A stretch of 64,000 bases of DNA from Abditibacteriaceae bacterium. GTDB taxonomy: Bacteria; Armatimonadota; Abditibacteriia; Abditibacteriales; Abditibacteriaceae. Made by a program: the position numbers and the translations under genes. Below the pieces are notes generated by a model. That model was given only the letters and a program-made list of their open reading frames with translations. It had not been told where the DNA came from and ran no database searches. The stretch is from contig OZ255721.1 of the NCBI GenBank assembly GCA_965277285.1, forward strand, positions 1,408,001 through 1,472,000, read 5' to 3'. Within the stretch, counting starts at the first letter, position 1. Each line of letters starts with the position of its first letter. Positions 10,292-20,385 of this stretch are shown in pieces.

Positions 10292-10333
10292 AAGAAAGCG
10301 GTCTTATCGAGTACTCGATAAGACCGCTTTCTT
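10292..10333. terminator. perfect 42-bp palindrome, likely bidirectional terminator
   Basis: AAGAAAGCGGTCTTATCGAGT|ACTCGATAAGACCGCTTTCTT between convergent genes. Confidence 0.75.
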
Positions 10334-10415
10334 GTTAGACGTTTGGTTCAGCAAGACTTTTACTTATACAGCGCGAAAATCTTTGCCGACCTTCCCCACT
10401 TTTACGAACGAGTTA

Positions 10416-10862
10416 CTACTTTTTCATCTTCGGCGCTGGCACGGCACCTTTGCTGTTCATCTTGTGACCAGCGGCGCCACTGCTCATTGCGCTGTTGCTG
10501 GTTGCGCTATTACCAGTTGCACTGTTGCTCATCGCACTATTATCCGTGGCACTGTTACCAGTTGCACTGTTGTCCGTGGCACTGTTACCAGTTGCACTGT
10601 TGTCGGCTGTGCTGTTGCTTGTGCTGTTATCGGTTGCGCTGTTGCTTGTGCTGTTATCGGTTGCGCTGTTGCTTGTGCTGTTGCCCGTGTCGGTGCCAGC
10701 GATGGATTTGTCATCAGCTTTGTTCATCACTGGCGACTGGATGCTGGGAGACACACCATTGCTATCGGCATTGTTGCTGTCGCCACTGCCGCCGCAACCG
10801 GCCAAGCCCGTCATTACTGCGCCAACTCCCATCCACATGACCCACTTTGAAACGTTCTTCAT
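10416..10862 (-). CDS. Ser/Asn/Thr-rich lipoprotein with tandem repeats
   Basis: Lipobox LAGC; NSAT/NSTS repeats encoded by 15/30-bp tandem units; GAGGAG RBS. Confidence 0.8.
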   Translation of the reverse strand: MKNVSKWVMWMGVGAVMTGLAGCGGSGDSNNADSNGVSPSIQSPVMNKADDKSIAGTDTGNSTSNSATDNSTSNSATDNSTSNSTADNSATGNSATDNSATGNSATDNSAMSNSATGNSATSNSAMSSGAAGHKMNSKGAVPAPKMKK

Positions 10863-11156
10863 TGTCCTAATCTCCTCAATAAACGCGGTTTATTGAATAT
10901 TGCGCGCCTCATAAAACGAGACGCCTGACGTATGTTACCATAATCCCCTTCTTGTGACAGTTCGGCCATTTAAATTAACTCAAGGCGCTCCTATTTTCGT
11001 AAGCGTAATGTAGGAAGCGACGAGCAAAATATCTTAAGTCGAAATCCGTTCGGTTGTTCCTCGGTTGGGCTTCTAAACCGTTTGAGTTTGGTCGTTCGTT
11101 TGCTCGCGTTTGTCCAGTGTCTATGACGACGCATTTTCAGGTGGTGGAAGGAATTT

Positions 11157-12143
11157 ATGGAATATGTCAATCTTGGAAAAAGTGGCTTGAAGGTTTCTCG
11201 CTTGTGTTTGGGTTGCATGACGTATGGCGTTCCCGAGCGTGGCGCGCATCCTTGGTCACTGGATGAAGAGCAAAGTCGGCCTTTCTTTCGGCGCGCATTG
11301 GAATTGGGCATCAACTTTTTCGACACAGCCAATGTTTATTCCGACGGCACCAGCGAAGAGATTCTGGGGCGCGCAGTGCGGGAACTGGCGAAGCGCGACG
11401 AACTCGTGATTGCGACCAAAGTGCATGGGAAAATGCGCGCGGATGCCAACGGCGGCGGTTTATCGCGCAAAGCGATTCTGACAGAAATCGACAACAGTTT
11501 GCGGCGCCTGCAAATGGATTATGTCGATTTATATCAGATTCATCGCTGGGATGCGCAAACGCCGATTGAGGAAACGCTCGAAGCCTTGCACGATGTCGTC
11601 AAAGCCGGCAAAGCGCGCTATATTGGCGCTTCCTCAATGTACTCGTGGCAGTTCGCCAAAGCGCTTTATCTGGCCGATTCAAACGGATGGACGCGCTTCG
11701 TTTCGATGCAAAATCATTACAATTTGCTGTATCGAGAAGAAGAGCGCGAAATGATGAAGTTGTGCGAAGACCAACAGATCGGCGTGATTCCGTGGAGTCC
11801 TCTGGCGCGCGGGCGTTTAACGCGCCCTTGGGAAACCGAACCGAGTACCAGCCGCGCTGGAAGCGATGAGTTCGGCAAGATGATGTATCGCACGATGGAA
11901 GACGCTGACCGCCGCGTTGTCGAGCGCGTTGCTGCGCTGTCCACTGAGCGCGGCATTCCGATGGCGCAATTGGCGCTGGCCTGGATGCTGAGCAAGCCAT
12001 TCGTGACCGCCCCGATTGTCGGCGCTTCCAAACCTCATCATCTGGAAGATGCAGCAGCAGCCTTGTCAGTCAAGCTTTCCGCAGACGAAATTGCGTCACT
12101 CGAAGAACTTTACGTTCCTCATCCCGTGCTGGGATTTTCCTGA
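11157..12143 (+). CDS. aldo/keto reductase
   Basis: LGKSGLKVSRLCLG, FFDTANVY, DLYQIHRWD, PWSPLARG. Confidence 0.95.
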   Translation: MEYVNLGKSGLKVSRLCLGCMTYGVPERGAHPWSLDEEQSRPFFRRALELGINFFDTANVYSDGTSEEILGRAVRELAKRDELVIATKVHGKMRADANGGGLSRKAILTEIDNSLRRLQMDYVDLYQIHRWDAQTPIEETLEALHDVVKAGKARYIGASSMYSWQFAKALYLADSNGWTRFVSMQNHYNLLYREEEREMMKLCEDQQIGVIPWSPLARGRLTRPWETEPSTSRAGSDEFGKMMYRTMEDADRRVVERVAALSTERGIPMAQLALAWMLSKPFVTAPIVGASKPHHLEDAAAALSVKLSADEIASLEELYVPHPVLGFS

Positions 12144-12206
12144 TTTTATTTCCCTGCTTTGAGACTGGACGAGCGCATCGAGTACTCACATCGAGTACTC
12201 GATGCG

Positions 12207-13508
12207 CTATTTTTTGTATTGGGCGAGAAGTGCGCGTGCTTCTTTCATGCGTCCCGCAACGACTAAGGGGAAAAAGGTGGCGAGTTTCGCACTGACGACG
12301 CTGTTGCCGACGTATTTTTTTCGCAGCAGATACCATTCGACGGGCAAGCGCAGATCTTTGGCGTTTGAAGAAAAAGCTGGCTCGAGATGTTGTTTGCGCA
12401 GTTGTTGCGTGACTTCCAGATCGCGGTAGCCGAACTCGACTGAAGGCTCAATTTGCGTTCCTTCGCCCCAATCGTTCCACGTCGTGAGCTGCACAATGGT
12501 CGCCTTGCTGAGCAACGCTTTGTTCAAGGTGTCTTTGTAAGTTTGACCAGATTGGTCGTCAATGCTGCCCCAGGATTTGCCGATACCGGCTTGAACGTAG
12601 ATGTCGTTGAAGCGCGGATAAGCGCTCGCAATGAACAGCGGCCAGCTTTTAGCGCGATCATAAAAACCGTCTTGTTCTTTCAAAGCCCCGCTCAGTCCGC
12701 TATTTGGAATTGGCCAATCGAAGCCGCCGACCGCCGCCGTTTTAGCCAAAAGATCATGTTCCGTGAAGTAGAGAGGTCGGGTTTGGAGAACCGAAAATAT
12801 CTGGTTCCACTGCGCATCATTGTAATAAGGCGTTCCGAAGGTCAGGAAAACCGGTCGGTTGCCGAATTTCAAGTAAGCAGGGCTGGAGAAAAAATTCTTC
12901 TCGACCCATTGCATCATGCGCTGAGCGTGTGGAACCGCATCTGTCTCTGCGAACACTTTGCCCTTGATTTCATTGGGCACCGTCTGATCTTCGTAACACA
13001 GCGCGAAATGCAAACCGGCCTGCTGCAAAAATGGTATTAAGCGCTGCGTATTGCGATTGTTGATGCCGTAATCGAAATAATCGTCGTTGCCGTACCAGTC
13101 GACGATGACGCCATCAATGCCCGCCAGCTTCATCAACAAGACTTGGCACTGCAACGCGTCGGGATCGTTCGAGTCATAAAACCCGATCAGCGGATGGTAA
13201 TGCGACGCGCCATCGCGTTGTCCATTCGCGGACACACGTTCGGGATCGAAATGGTTCATCGTCCAGTGCCATCCCCAACTTCCGCTCACTTGTTTGCTGG
13301 CATACCACGGCATATAGTGCGCCATCAGAAAACGCTTGGCAGGAACCGTTATGGTCATAGAAGTAGCACTCGCAGGCGCAGCCGTGACAGGCTTTGGTGC
13401 ATTGTTGGCGCGGACACCGCAGCCACACAATAATATGGCTGAAGCTACTAACGTGTTCCAGGCGCCAAATCCGCGTTTGCCGGGTGCGTGGCTGAAAGAT
13501 GAAGTCAT
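12207..13508 (-). CDS. glycoside hydrolase family 71/99-like protein
   Basis: AHYMPWY, YHPLIGFYDSNDP, AGIDGVIVDWYG, TWNDWGEGTQIEP; signal peptide. Confidence 0.85.
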   Translation of the reverse strand: MTSSFSHAPGKRGFGAWNTLVASAILLCGCGVRANNAPKPVTAAPASATSMTITVPAKRFLMAHYMPWYASKQVSGSWGWHWTMNHFDPERVSANGQRDGASHYHPLIGFYDSNDPDALQCQVLLMKLAGIDGVIVDWYGNDDYFDYGINNRNTQRLIPFLQQAGLHFALCYEDQTVPNEIKGKVFAETDAVPHAQRMMQWVEKNFFSSPAYLKFGNRPVFLTFGTPYYNDAQWNQIFSVLQTRPLYFTEHDLLAKTAAVGGFDWPIPNSGLSGALKEQDGFYDRAKSWPLFIASAYPRFNDIYVQAGIGKSWGSIDDQSGQTYKDTLNKALLSKATIVQLTTWNDWGEGTQIEPSVEFGYRDLEVTQQLRKQHLEPAFSSNAKDLRLPVEWYLLRKKYVGNSVVSAKLATFFPLVVAGRMKEARALLAQYKK

Positions 13509-13644
13509 ATTTCATTCTTCCTTTTCCAAACAGTCGAAGTTGATTTCAAACTTTGTTGGAATTCGCCGTTCATTATTCACGGCAAAGCTTCATCGAGTAC
13601 TCGATTGCGAAAAATTGTCGCGTAAAGTTCAGTAACTTAATGTG

Positions 13645-13684
13645 AAATGCAGCGCTCGTTTTTATCGCACGAGCGCTGCATTTT
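13645..13684 (-). terminator. rho-independent terminator
   Basis: AAATGCAGCGCTCGT...ACGAGCGCTGCATTT. Confidence 0.7.
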
Positions 13685-13718
13685 AGGAACAACGAGTTTT
13701 TGCAGCGTGTGAAACGCC

Positions 13719-13973
13719 TTACTGCGTCTTGCTCCCTGATTGCTGCATTGCTTGCGCTTGACTTTTCGCCATCTCCTGCTGCTGAGCTGTTTGTTGTTGA
13801 ACGATAGCGGGAGCGTTGGGATTTCCGGCCCCCGCAGGCGCCGCAGCCGCCGTGTTATCGGCATCTGACGAGCCGCTGCAACCACCAACTGCGATCAGAC
13901 ACAGTGCCGTAACCGCCGCGAACAACAGAAACGTTCGCTGCAAGGTGTCATTCGCGTGCAGGAAGAGTTTCAA
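13719..13973 (-). CDS. small lipoprotein, translationally coupled to DUF1559 gene
   Basis: GGAGG RBS, TTG start overlapping upstream TGA, lipobox VGGC; paralog at 16512-16784. Confidence 0.7.
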   Translation of the reverse strand: MKLFLHANDTLQRTFLLFAAVTALCLIAVGGCSGSSDADNTAAAAPAGAGNPNAPAIVQQQTAQQQEMAKSQAQAMQQSGSKTQ

Positions 13974-14785
13974 TAGGCACCTCCATAAGCTCCCTGAACC
14001 CAGATGTTCTTGTACCAATTGATGCCGCCCTTGCGAATCGATTTGACGTGACCATCAGCAAACAGGAAGTTGCTGGTCTCGAGGTGACGATAGCGCGGCA
14101 TCATTGAGGCGGTGTTCCAAGTTCCGCCGTATACAGGCGCGCTGGAACTGGCAGCGTCATCAGTATCGTAATTGACATCGATATGGTCGGGATACGTGAA
14201 GTTGTTGTTCGCGTTGCCGCCGCCGCTTGCCGTCCACATACCTTCCCAAGTTTGGAACTCAAGCCAGCTCGAATTGCCGTTGTGCAGGCCTTTTTCACAA
14301 ACCAAAACAGTGTCCGATGGCGCATCGACGACAGCTATCGAAATCGACTTGGGCGTCTGCGTAGCCGGATAGAGGTAAGGCCGACCGTCTGTCATCAGGC
14401 TGTAATTCGCACCATATAGCCCGGGTTGAGGAGACGCGCTGGGACAATCCCAGACTCCGCCAGCACCACTGATGCGTCCACTCGCATACGCATCACCACT
14501 CTTGATGTATGGACTGACAGCTTCATACCAACGCACTTCCTGGCCGGCATCGTTGTTGAAATGGAGCATGGGATACTGCTCGTCGAATTCCTGCGTGTAC
14601 TGCGTGATGGCGATGCCGATCTGCTTCATGTTGCTCGAACAGCTTGTGCGGCGCGCGCTTTCGCGGGCTTTGGCAAAGGCGGGAAACAAAATCGCCGCCA
14701 GAATCGCAATGATGGCGATAACCACCAGCAGTTCGATCAAGGTGAAACCTTGCGCTTTCCGGTTCTTTGAAATGACAGTTTTCAT
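13970..14785 (-). CDS. DUF1559 / prepilin-type / H-X9-DG domain protein
   Basis: [50 protein letters not shown]. Confidence 0.92.
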   Translation of the reverse strand: MKTVISKNRKAQGFTLIELLVVIAIIAILAAILFPAFAKARESARRTSCSSNMKQIGIAITQYTQEFDEQYPMLHFNNDAGQEVRWYEAVSPYIKSGDAYASGRISGAGGVWDCPSASPQPGLYGANYSLMTDGRPYLYPATQTPKSISIAVVDAPSDTVLVCEKGLHNGNSSWLEFQTWEGMWTASGGGNANNNFTYPDHIDVNYDTDDAASSSAPVYGGTWNTASMMPRYRHLETSNFLFADGHVKSIRKGGINWYKNIWVQGAYGGAY

Positions 14786-15043
14786 TGGTTTTCTCCAAAC
14801 GTCATGGTCGTGGTGCCAATTCGCACCAATTTCATCCAGAGCATCGTTGTCGAGTACTCGATCTTCAACCCTCGTCGTAGCTGAGAACATTCGGGCGTTT
14901 GAACACTTGGCTTTCGCAGGAAACATCCCGCTCAAAGGAAAACTTTTCTTTTTACCGCAACATTATGTCAACATTTGTTGCGGCTATTTCACAAGAGCGA
15001 TGCTTGTCCAAGTTTCCTTGTCCAAGTTTCCTTGTCCAAATTT

Positions 15044-16231
15044 TCAGGCCAACGCCAAAGCAGGATTTTTTGTCGCACCTCCTTTGTCTTCAACGTTTGC
15101 GGGCGCTGCGGTACTGCCGCGCACGATGAGGCGCGGCGAAAAATGCAGTGGTCGCTGGCGTTTCGATTCGGGCTTGCTCCGTTCCCTCATCAGGATTTCC
15201 ACGCTATGGCGAGCTATCTCCAATGTGGGACGGGCGAAAGTGGTAAGACCCGGATGCACAATACTACTGGCCGGATCGTTGTCGAAACCAAGAAGTGAAA
15301 TGTCGTGTGGTACACGGATTTCTCGTTCGGCGAACCAGCGCATTGCCGCCAGCGCGCCCGAATCGGAAACCGCGAAGATCGCTGTGGGATGAGGTGTGCT
15401 TTCCCACAACCCTCCCATTTTTTTGTAAGCCATGTCGTAGGACGATTCAAAGGATTGCGTCCCGCAATGAAAGATCGTGCCTTCCACGTCCATGCGGTTG
15501 CAACATTCCTCGAAGGCCTTGATTCTGTCCAAAATACTGCCGTTTTCTTCCGGCTCATTGACCATCAGCGTAACGCGTTGATGTCCCAGCCGCGCCAGGT
15601 GTTCGAGGCCCAACTTCATGCCCAAAGCGTTATCCACTCCGATGTAAGCACCGGGATAATCGTTCATGCACTCGTCAATGTTGACCGTGCGATAACCACG
15701 CGCCTGAAGCGCTTCGTGTAACTCGCGCGTGGCAGCTCGCATATTGCCATACAAAACAACGCTGCCTTCTTGTGGCGAAAAATCCAGCGTATGAAAAGCG
15801 TCGGCCACGTTCTGACCTTTGCGCGTATGAAAAACCTGCAGGCGACAACCTTTTTCCCAACACGCTTCGTTCAAGTGCTCCAACATGCCAGAAAGCGCTG
15901 GAGAATCCCACTCGGGCAGAAACACGCCAATTTTGAAGGCCATGTTTTTATCCAGAGCAGCCTGCTGTGTCTTGCGCACAAAGGTGCCTTTGGCAACACG
16001 TCGCAAGAGCACGCCTTCGCTTGATAGGTCGGCGAGAGCACGGCGCACCGTGACCTGCGACACCTTGAACTCCTTGATGAGAACCGCTTCAGTCCAAAAT
16101 TGCTGACCGTCCTCAAAATGCTCATCCAAAGCCTGCCGCAAAGCACGACGGACTTGAGCGTGCAGCGGCATACTGCTCGCCGGATCAATAATAATGCTTT
16201 GTAAAACATTTACGGAAGGTTGACGCGCCAT
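15044..16231 (-). CDS. GntR-HTH / LacI-type sugar-binding transcriptional regulator
   Basis: N-terminal VSQVTVRRAL..L..EG...KGTFV; C-terminal PTAIFAVSD, DISLLGFDN, LIVRGST. Confidence 0.9.
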   Translation of the reverse strand: MARQPSVNVLQSIIIDPASSMPLHAQVRRALRQALDEHFEDGQQFWTEAVLIKEFKVSQVTVRRALADLSSEGVLLRRVAKGTFVRKTQQAALDKNMAFKIGVFLPEWDSPALSGMLEHLNEACWEKGCRLQVFHTRKGQNVADAFHTLDFSPQEGSVVLYGNMRAATRELHEALQARGYRTVNIDECMNDYPGAYIGVDNALGMKLGLEHLARLGHQRVTLMVNEPEENGSILDRIKAFEECCNRMDVEGTIFHCGTQSFESSYDMAYKKMGGLWESTPHPTAIFAVSDSGALAAMRWFAEREIRVPHDISLLGFDNDPASSIVHPGLTTFARPTLEIARHSVEILMRERSKPESKRQRPLHFSPRLIVRGSTAAPANVEDKGGATKNPALALA

Positions 16232-16511
16232 AATGAAAATCTCGGCTTTGTTATATGCTTATAAGAATAGGTGTAAGATCATTATGCCCCTTTTCCAAAT
16301 TTTTCAAACACTTGAATGCAAATTTTTTATTGGGACGGAGAATTTTGGTAAAGCGGCAAAAATTTCACTGAAAATAGAACCCAGGCTGGTTCAAAAAACT
16401 AAAAGTTCAACAAAGTCCAGGTGGCACAAAACAAAATACAGCGCCCGTGTTAATCATACGGGCGCTGCACATTTCAGGAACAATATTTTCTACAGCCGAT
16501 GAGCGGCTTTA

Positions 16512-16784
16512 CTACTGCGGTCTTCCAGCATTGGGGTCCGGAGCCTTTGAAGTGCCGCCTTGCGGAGCGCTTCCTGGAGGGCCACTTGGCGGGCCGCCTG
16601 GAACGCCGCCTGGCGCACCTGCCGCATTGCCACTTGGAGCACCTGTCGCTGGTGTCGCCGCATTATCGGTGTCAGATGAACTGTTGCTGCAACCACCAGC
16701 TGCCAGCAGGCACAACGTCAAGGCTGCTGTGAACAACAGCAACGCGCGCTGTAAGGTGCGATCTACATTGTGAAAAAGTTTCAA
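16512..16784 (-). CDS. small Pro/Gly-rich lipoprotein
   Basis: GGAGG RBS, TTG start, lipobox AGGC; N-terminus similar to 13719-13973. Confidence 0.65.
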   Translation of the reverse strand: MKLFHNVDRTLQRALLLFTAALTLCLLAAGGCSNSSSDTDNAATPATGAPSGNAAGAPGGVPGGPPSGPPGSAPQGGTSKAPDPNAGRPQ

Positions 16785-17109
16785 TTTACGCCTCCGCGTT
16801 GATGAACGACTATAACATGGGTTTTTATGTGCCCTTGGTTTTGCATCTTCGGGTTTTTGCTGTGCTTTAAGGAACAGGACTTTTGCAGGACTTTCGGTCG
16901 CACCTCCTGTTGCGTTCAGCTCTTGCAAACACCGCAGTACTACTGTAGACAATCAACTTGAAAATCAACAAGCGCCCGCATTTCGACATATTCTACTAAA
17001 AATTGGAAACACATTCACTGCGCACAAAATGCGGCTGCAAAGCTGCGTTACAATCAGGAAGAAACTTTAATTTGTTGGCTGCCTATTGGCTGCATACAAG
17101 GTGACGATG

Positions 17110-18129
17110 ACGCATATGCGTATTTGGCAAAACTTTTTTAGCGTAATCCTACTCCTTCTAATGACTATTCCATCTCAGGCAAAACAAACCGCGCTCTTGT
17201 CGAACAAAATGGTCGCTTATGTTCCCAAAGTGGTGGCTTATGTTCCCAATTGGATTGATCTGGCGTCTTTTGCGGAGACCATCGAGTACTCGAAAGTCAC
17301 GCACATCAACATCGCCTTTGAAAATCCCATCAACAACAGCGGCGATCTGTCCTTCAACAGCAAGAACGACGTTTTGCTGGCCAAAGCGCACGCGCAACAC
17401 GTTCCGGTTTTGATTTCAATTGGTGGCGGAACAGCTTCGAGCGACAAAACCCTGCTCGCCCGCTACTCTGCCCTGCTCGGCGCAACGCAACGCTCGCAAT
17501 TTGTCGCCAAACTTGCCGCTTACGTCTCGCAACACAACTTCGACGGTCTGGATGTGGACATCGAAGGCGCCGCCATTGATGAGAATTACGGCGCTTTCAT
17601 CGCCGAACTCGCCCCGCTGTTGCATTCCAAAGGCAAGTTGCTGACATCCGCGCTCGCTGATGGAAATGGCGGAAACCGCGTGCCAAGTTCGGTCTTTGCC
17701 TCTTTCGATTGGATCAATGTCATGGCTTATGACGCGACCGGCCCTTGGAATCCTGATGTGCCAGGTCAACATTCGTCGCTGAAGTTTGCCAAAAACGCTA
17801 TCGAGTACTGGATTGGGCGCGGCCTGCCCAAAGAAAAAACCGTGTTGGGCATTCCGTTCTATGGCTACGGTTTCGGACAGGCATTTCTCAAGCACGATTA
17901 CGCTTATTCCACTATTGTCGCTTCATATCCGGGCGCGGAAAGCGTCGATGAGGCGGGAAATACCATTTGGTATAATGGCATTCCCACCATCAAAGCGAAA
18001 ACCGAATATGTGCGCCAGCGACAACTCGGCGGCGTGATGATCTGGTCCTTGGACGCCGATGCCAAAGGCGAACGCTCGCTGCTTTCCGCCATCCACGAAA
18101 CTTTAAGCCGACCTTCTGCGCCGTCTTAG
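17110..18129 (+). CDS. glycoside hydrolase family 18 (chitinase-like)
   Basis: SIGG, FDGLDVDIE (DxDxE), VMAYD, GGVMIWSL; start uncertain. Confidence 0.9.
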   Translation, partial: THMRIWQNFFSVILLLLMTIPSQAKQTALLSNKMVAYVPKVVAYVPNWIDLASFAETIEYSKVTHINIAFENPINNSGDLSFNSKNDVLLAKAHAQHVPVLISIGGGTASSDKTLLARYSALLGATQRSQFVAKLAAYVSQHNFDGLDVDIEGAAIDENYGAFIAELAPLLHSKGKLLTSALADGNGGNRVPSSVFASFDWINVMAYDATGPWNPDVPGQHSSLKFAKNAIEYWIGRGLPKEKTVLGIPFYGYGFGQAFLKHDYAYSTIVASYPGAESVDEAGNTIWYNGIPTIKAKTEYVRQRQLGGVMIWSLDADAKGERSLLSAIHETLSRPSAPS

Positions 18130-18179
18130 AAGCCACATTTGCGTTTCCGCTCAGTTGAAAGACCAACTTCATCCATCTC

Positions 18180-19334
18180 ATGCAACGACGACAATTTCTT
18201 CAAAATGCCCTGACGGGAGCCTTGGCCTTAACGAGTACCGGAGCGCAACGCTCGTTGCTGGCTCAAACACCTGCGACCGTCAAACCCGACGCAGTGAAGC
18301 CAATTGCTCAGGAAACGCTTCCCTTTGCAGAATTGCGCGGCGTGAATCTCGGTTCCTGGCTGGTTCTTGAAAAATGGATGACGCCGAGCGTTTTCCATGA
18401 TACAACCGCGCCCGATGAATACGAATTGTGCCGCGCCCTGGGAACGCGCGCCGCTGAGCGATTGAATGGACATCGCAAAACGTTCATTACGGCGGAAGAT
18501 TTTCGCTGGATCAAGTCACATGGCCTCAATGCCGTGCGTTTGCCGGTGGGTTACTGGGCGCTGCAAGCTCCAGCGCCTTACGTCGAGGCCGCGAGCTTTG
18601 TCGATTTCGCCTTCGATCAGGCGCAGCAGAATGGTCTCAAGATTTTGTTGGATTTGCACGGCGCGCCCGGCAGCCAGAATGGCTGGGATCATAGCGGGCG
18701 CGGCGGGACTTTGGGCTGGCCAAATAATCCGCAAAACATACGGCAAACGGTCGATGTTCTCGAAACCTTGGCCAAGCGCTACGGCAAACATCCGGCTTTG
18801 TGGGGCATCGAGTTATTGAACGAGCCGCGCTGGGACGTGCCGATGGATACGCTCAAAACGTTTTATCAGGACGCTTATAAACGTATTCGCCCGCATCTGG
18901 ACAAGCACATCGCGGTTGTCATTCATGACGGCTTTCGCCCTTTTGAATGGAAGAACTTTATGAGCGAACCCGAGTACTCGAATGTGCTGCTCGACACACA
19001 TATCTATCAAGCCTATACCGAAGCCGACCGCAAGCGCACGCCGCAAGAACACATCGCTTACGCGCTGGATCAAAAGCAGCACCTCGACGCGATGAGTCAG
19101 CAATTGTGGACAATGGTCGGCGAATGGTCAATGGCAACGCCGCGTGAAGTGTGGCGCGGCCAGTCGCCGTTCCAGATCGACGTTGCAAAACGCGGTTTCG
19201 GAGCCGCGCAACTCTTGAGTTATGAAACGACCAAAGGTTGGTTTTATTGGAGCTATAAACTCGAATACGAAACCGATTGGAGCTTTCGCCATTGCGTCGA
19301 ACGTGGCTGGCTGCCCGACAATTTTCAAGGTTAA
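18180..19334 (+). CDS. Tat-exported glycoside hydrolase family 5 (glucan 1,3-beta-glucosidase-like)
   Basis: RRQFL; RGVNLGSWLVLEKWMTP, DLHGAPGSQNG, LLNEP, VGEWS. Confidence 0.92.
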   Translation: MQRRQFLQNALTGALALTSTGAQRSLLAQTPATVKPDAVKPIAQETLPFAELRGVNLGSWLVLEKWMTPSVFHDTTAPDEYELCRALGTRAAERLNGHRKTFITAEDFRWIKSHGLNAVRLPVGYWALQAPAPYVEAASFVDFAFDQAQQNGLKILLDLHGAPGSQNGWDHSGRGGTLGWPNNPQNIRQTVDVLETLAKRYGKHPALWGIELLNEPRWDVPMDTLKTFYQDAYKRIRPHLDKHIAVVIHDGFRPFEWKNFMSEPEYSNVLLDTHIYQAYTEADRKRTPQEHIAYALDQKQHLDAMSQQLWTMVGEWSMATPREVWRGQSPFQIDVAKRGFGAAQLLSYETTKGWFYWSYKLEYETDWSFRHCVERGWLPDNFQG

Positions 19335-19383
19335 AAACTCACACCATTCCAGCAAAAGCTTTTAGAATCTCGATAACTTCATA

Positions 19384-20268
19384 TCAAATGACTTTGTAAT
19401 CAGCGCAACGATAAAGAATGTGGCGTTGTGGCTTGTTGGGATCGAAGAGCACGGTCAAAGTGTCGCCGACATGAATCGCCTGGCCGTCCTTTTGCGAGAC
19501 TGTCGTATACGCTTGCCGCATCTGCCCGTGTTCTTGCGTGCGCGGCATCACACGAAAGACATTTCCCACCAACCCTTTTACGTACTCGTCGGGCGCATAT
19601 TCATACTTCAATTCGTAAGTGACTCCCTTGTTTTTGACTTCTCTCACTTCGGTAATGCGCGCGACAGTTGGCAAACCATTGGCGATCAAACGGCGTTGAC
19701 GCCAAGGCGCGATATAAAGCCGCCAGGCGAAAGCACCACCAATGATGTTAATAAAAACTGTCTCGAATACCAGAGAACCCGCATACGTCCACAGGCTTTC
19801 AGAGGGAAACACGATTTGCGAATTTGAATTCGGTAATCTTTTCAAAATACGAACCGGAACGGCATCGCGGGTCTTCAAAGCGTTGTAGTCGTTTGAATAC
19901 ACCTCGTTTTTGTCGTAAAAGCGTTGTCGCCCAACGACATACGAGTACCCGATGGTGTACGTTGGCGTATTGCTTGATGTGACCTCTTTGGTGACGACGC
20001 GGCCCACCACTGTTTGACCAAACAACACAACCACTATCGCAATTACTAAGTGGAACAGGTCATAAGCCGCCCAAAACATAGACGGGTAACCAACAAAAAA
20101 TTTAACGAACGGGTCTTCTTTGCGCGGTTTCATGCGCGTGTGGCGCGGCCTATTGCCCAGCAAAACCGTTTCGATGGCGTGGTTTTTGGCGGCGTGTTCA
20201 AAAGTTGTGTCTGGCTTGACTTCAGGTTGGCTCCAAACACCTGGTTGTGGCGGTTCGATGGATGTCAC
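19384..20268 (-). CDS. membrane protein with two DUF3592-like domains
   Basis: TM segments each followed by G.V...Y.Y.....G..V.V.(Y/F)DP..P pattern. Confidence 0.65.
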   Translation of the reverse strand: MTSIEPPQPGVWSQPEVKPDTTFEHAAKNHAIETVLLGNRPRHTRMKPRKEDPFVKFFVGYPSMFWAAYDLFHLVIAIVVVLFGQTVVGRVVTKEVTSSNTPTYTIGYSYVVGRQRFYDKNEVYSNDYNALKTRDAVPVRILKRLPNSNSQIVFPSESLWTYAGSLVFETVFINIIGGAFAWRLYIAPWRQRRLIANGLPTVARITEVREVKNKGVTYELKYEYAPDEYVKGLVGNVFRVMPRTQEHGQMRQAYTTVSQKDGQAIHVGDTLTVLFDPNKPQRHILYRCADYKVI

Positions 20269-20385
20269 AAATAACCTCGTTCAGAGAATAAAGTTTTGCG
20301 ATTTCGAGTACTCGATTCCACACCGATGTGGCCAGGCCATATAGTTTGCGCAACAAAGAACTTGGTTGAATACCGCAACATTCAT

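Noticed and set aside
10272..10896. Cys-rich or Leu/Val-rich plus-strand ORFs resembling RiPP precursors
   Set aside because: They are antisense shadows of the repeat-rich lipoprotein, which has an RBS and lipobox
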